From positions 1-51,901 of the forward strand of contig JBNGIO010006337.1 of the NCBI GenBank assembly GCA_049999805.1: DNA of 51,901 bases, written 5' to 3'. The position numbers and the translations under genes are program-made. Each line of letters begins with the position of its first letter. The stretch's first letter is position 1. Origin of the DNA: Folioceros fuciformis (lineage: Eukaryota). The notes under the pieces are model-generated. The model saw nothing but the letters and a program-made list of their open reading frames with translations. It was not told where the DNA came from and did no database searches. This document shows positions 50,924 to 51,901 of the stretch, one piece after another.

Positions 50924-51901
50924 TTAGGCTGCTGTTGCTGTGGCATGTTGCTTGTTTTCAAGATAAGTTGTTGTTCCCGTTAAGCCCAATGTGGTGCGAT
51001 GTTGTGCATGTGTTGCCTTAGGAAGGCCCTTAGTTAACAGGTCAGCAACATTCTCTGTTGTGTGCACATATTGAAGCTAGACCATGTCTGTTTCAACTGC
51101 TTGACGAATAAAATGGAACTGTATCTCAATGTGTTTCGACCGAGCATGAAGAATAGGATTAGCTGTGACAGCAATAGCGGATTGATTGTCACATGCTAAT
51201 ATTGTGGCTGTCGGTTGCTTCCAGTGAATGCCCTCCAGGAATTGACGGACCCATATGATCTCACATGCTGCATGTGATAGGGCTCCGTATTCCGCCTCAG
51301 TTGATGAAAGGCTCACTGTTGTAAGTTTCTTAGAATGCCAACTAATGGCAGATCCACATAACAGCAAACAATATGTAGCAATGGATTTCCTTGAATCCAC
51401 ATCGCCAGCCCAGTCTGCATCTGCATAAGAAGTAAGTATTCCGCTTCCACCAGTTGTATATTTCATAGAAAAATCCTGTGTACCTTTCAAATAACGTAGG
51501 ATTCTTTTGACGGCTGTCCAGTGCTTCTGACCTGGGTTGGAGAGGAAACGAGACACTACACCTACAGCCTGTGAGATGTCCAGACGAGTCCAACCAGCCA
51601 AGTACAAGAGACTACCTACTGCTTCTCTGTAAGGTACTTTTGCCATTTCTGCAACGTCTGTTGGTGTGGTAGGACAGTTCTCTATGGATAACTTTTCTCC
51701 AGATGCTATAGGGGTGGTAACGGGATGTAATGCAGAAAGGTTGAATTTGGACAGCAACTGTCTTATGAAGTGTGCGTGGTGGATGGTGACGCAGGTCCTA
51801 TCAGGGCTAAAGCTAAATTGAATGCCTAAGGCGAACTTCAAGGGACCTACATTTGTCATGTCCCATTCTTGTGACAGGGCTTCTTTCATTTCTGCCAAAA
51901 T
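50924..51901 (-). mobile_element. Ty1/copia LTR retrotransposon pol (RT C-terminus plus RNase H), runs off the window, one premature stop
   Basis: PYREAVGSLLYL, HWTAVKRILRYLKGT, YADADWAGD, SSTEAEY, CDNQSAI, HARSKHIEIQFHFIR; after TAG at 51079-51077 the frame continues LQYVHTTENVADLLTKGL to TAA at 50926-50924. Confidence 0.95.

Overview
Eukaryotic nuclear DNA from a compact-genome land plant with flagellated sperm (inferred bryophyte/lycophyte, hornwort-like: short GT-AG introns, tight gene spacing, a dynein heavy chain). Positions 1-43.2 kb are gene-dense, with 12 protein-coding genes reconstructed by hand-splicing: NRPB3, an EGF-repeat single-pass membrane protein, O-GlcNAc transferase SEC, an AllA/ureidoglycolate-lyase-like cupin, a SPATA17-like IQ protein, an F-box/kelch-type protein, a PUT polyamine transporter, an ~18.8 kb IFT dynein-2 heavy chain, a cryptic 9-exon tetraspanin/TOM2A-like gene, a NUDX26/27-type Nudix hydrolase, TMA7 and an SLX1-like GIY-YIG nuclease. 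From ~43.3 kb the window is transposon debris: a 5'-truncated LINE with poly(A) and a 15-bp target-site duplication, a decayed coiled-coil ORF, the 3' end of a Ty1/copia element and several 100-N gaps. Highlights: the dynein-2 chain appears to lack its N-terminal dimerisation domain, and it sits head-to-head, ~600 bp apart, with the hidden AT-rich tetraspanin-like gene. No rRNA, tRNA or CRISPR array was seen. All homology calls come from motif recognition, not database searches.
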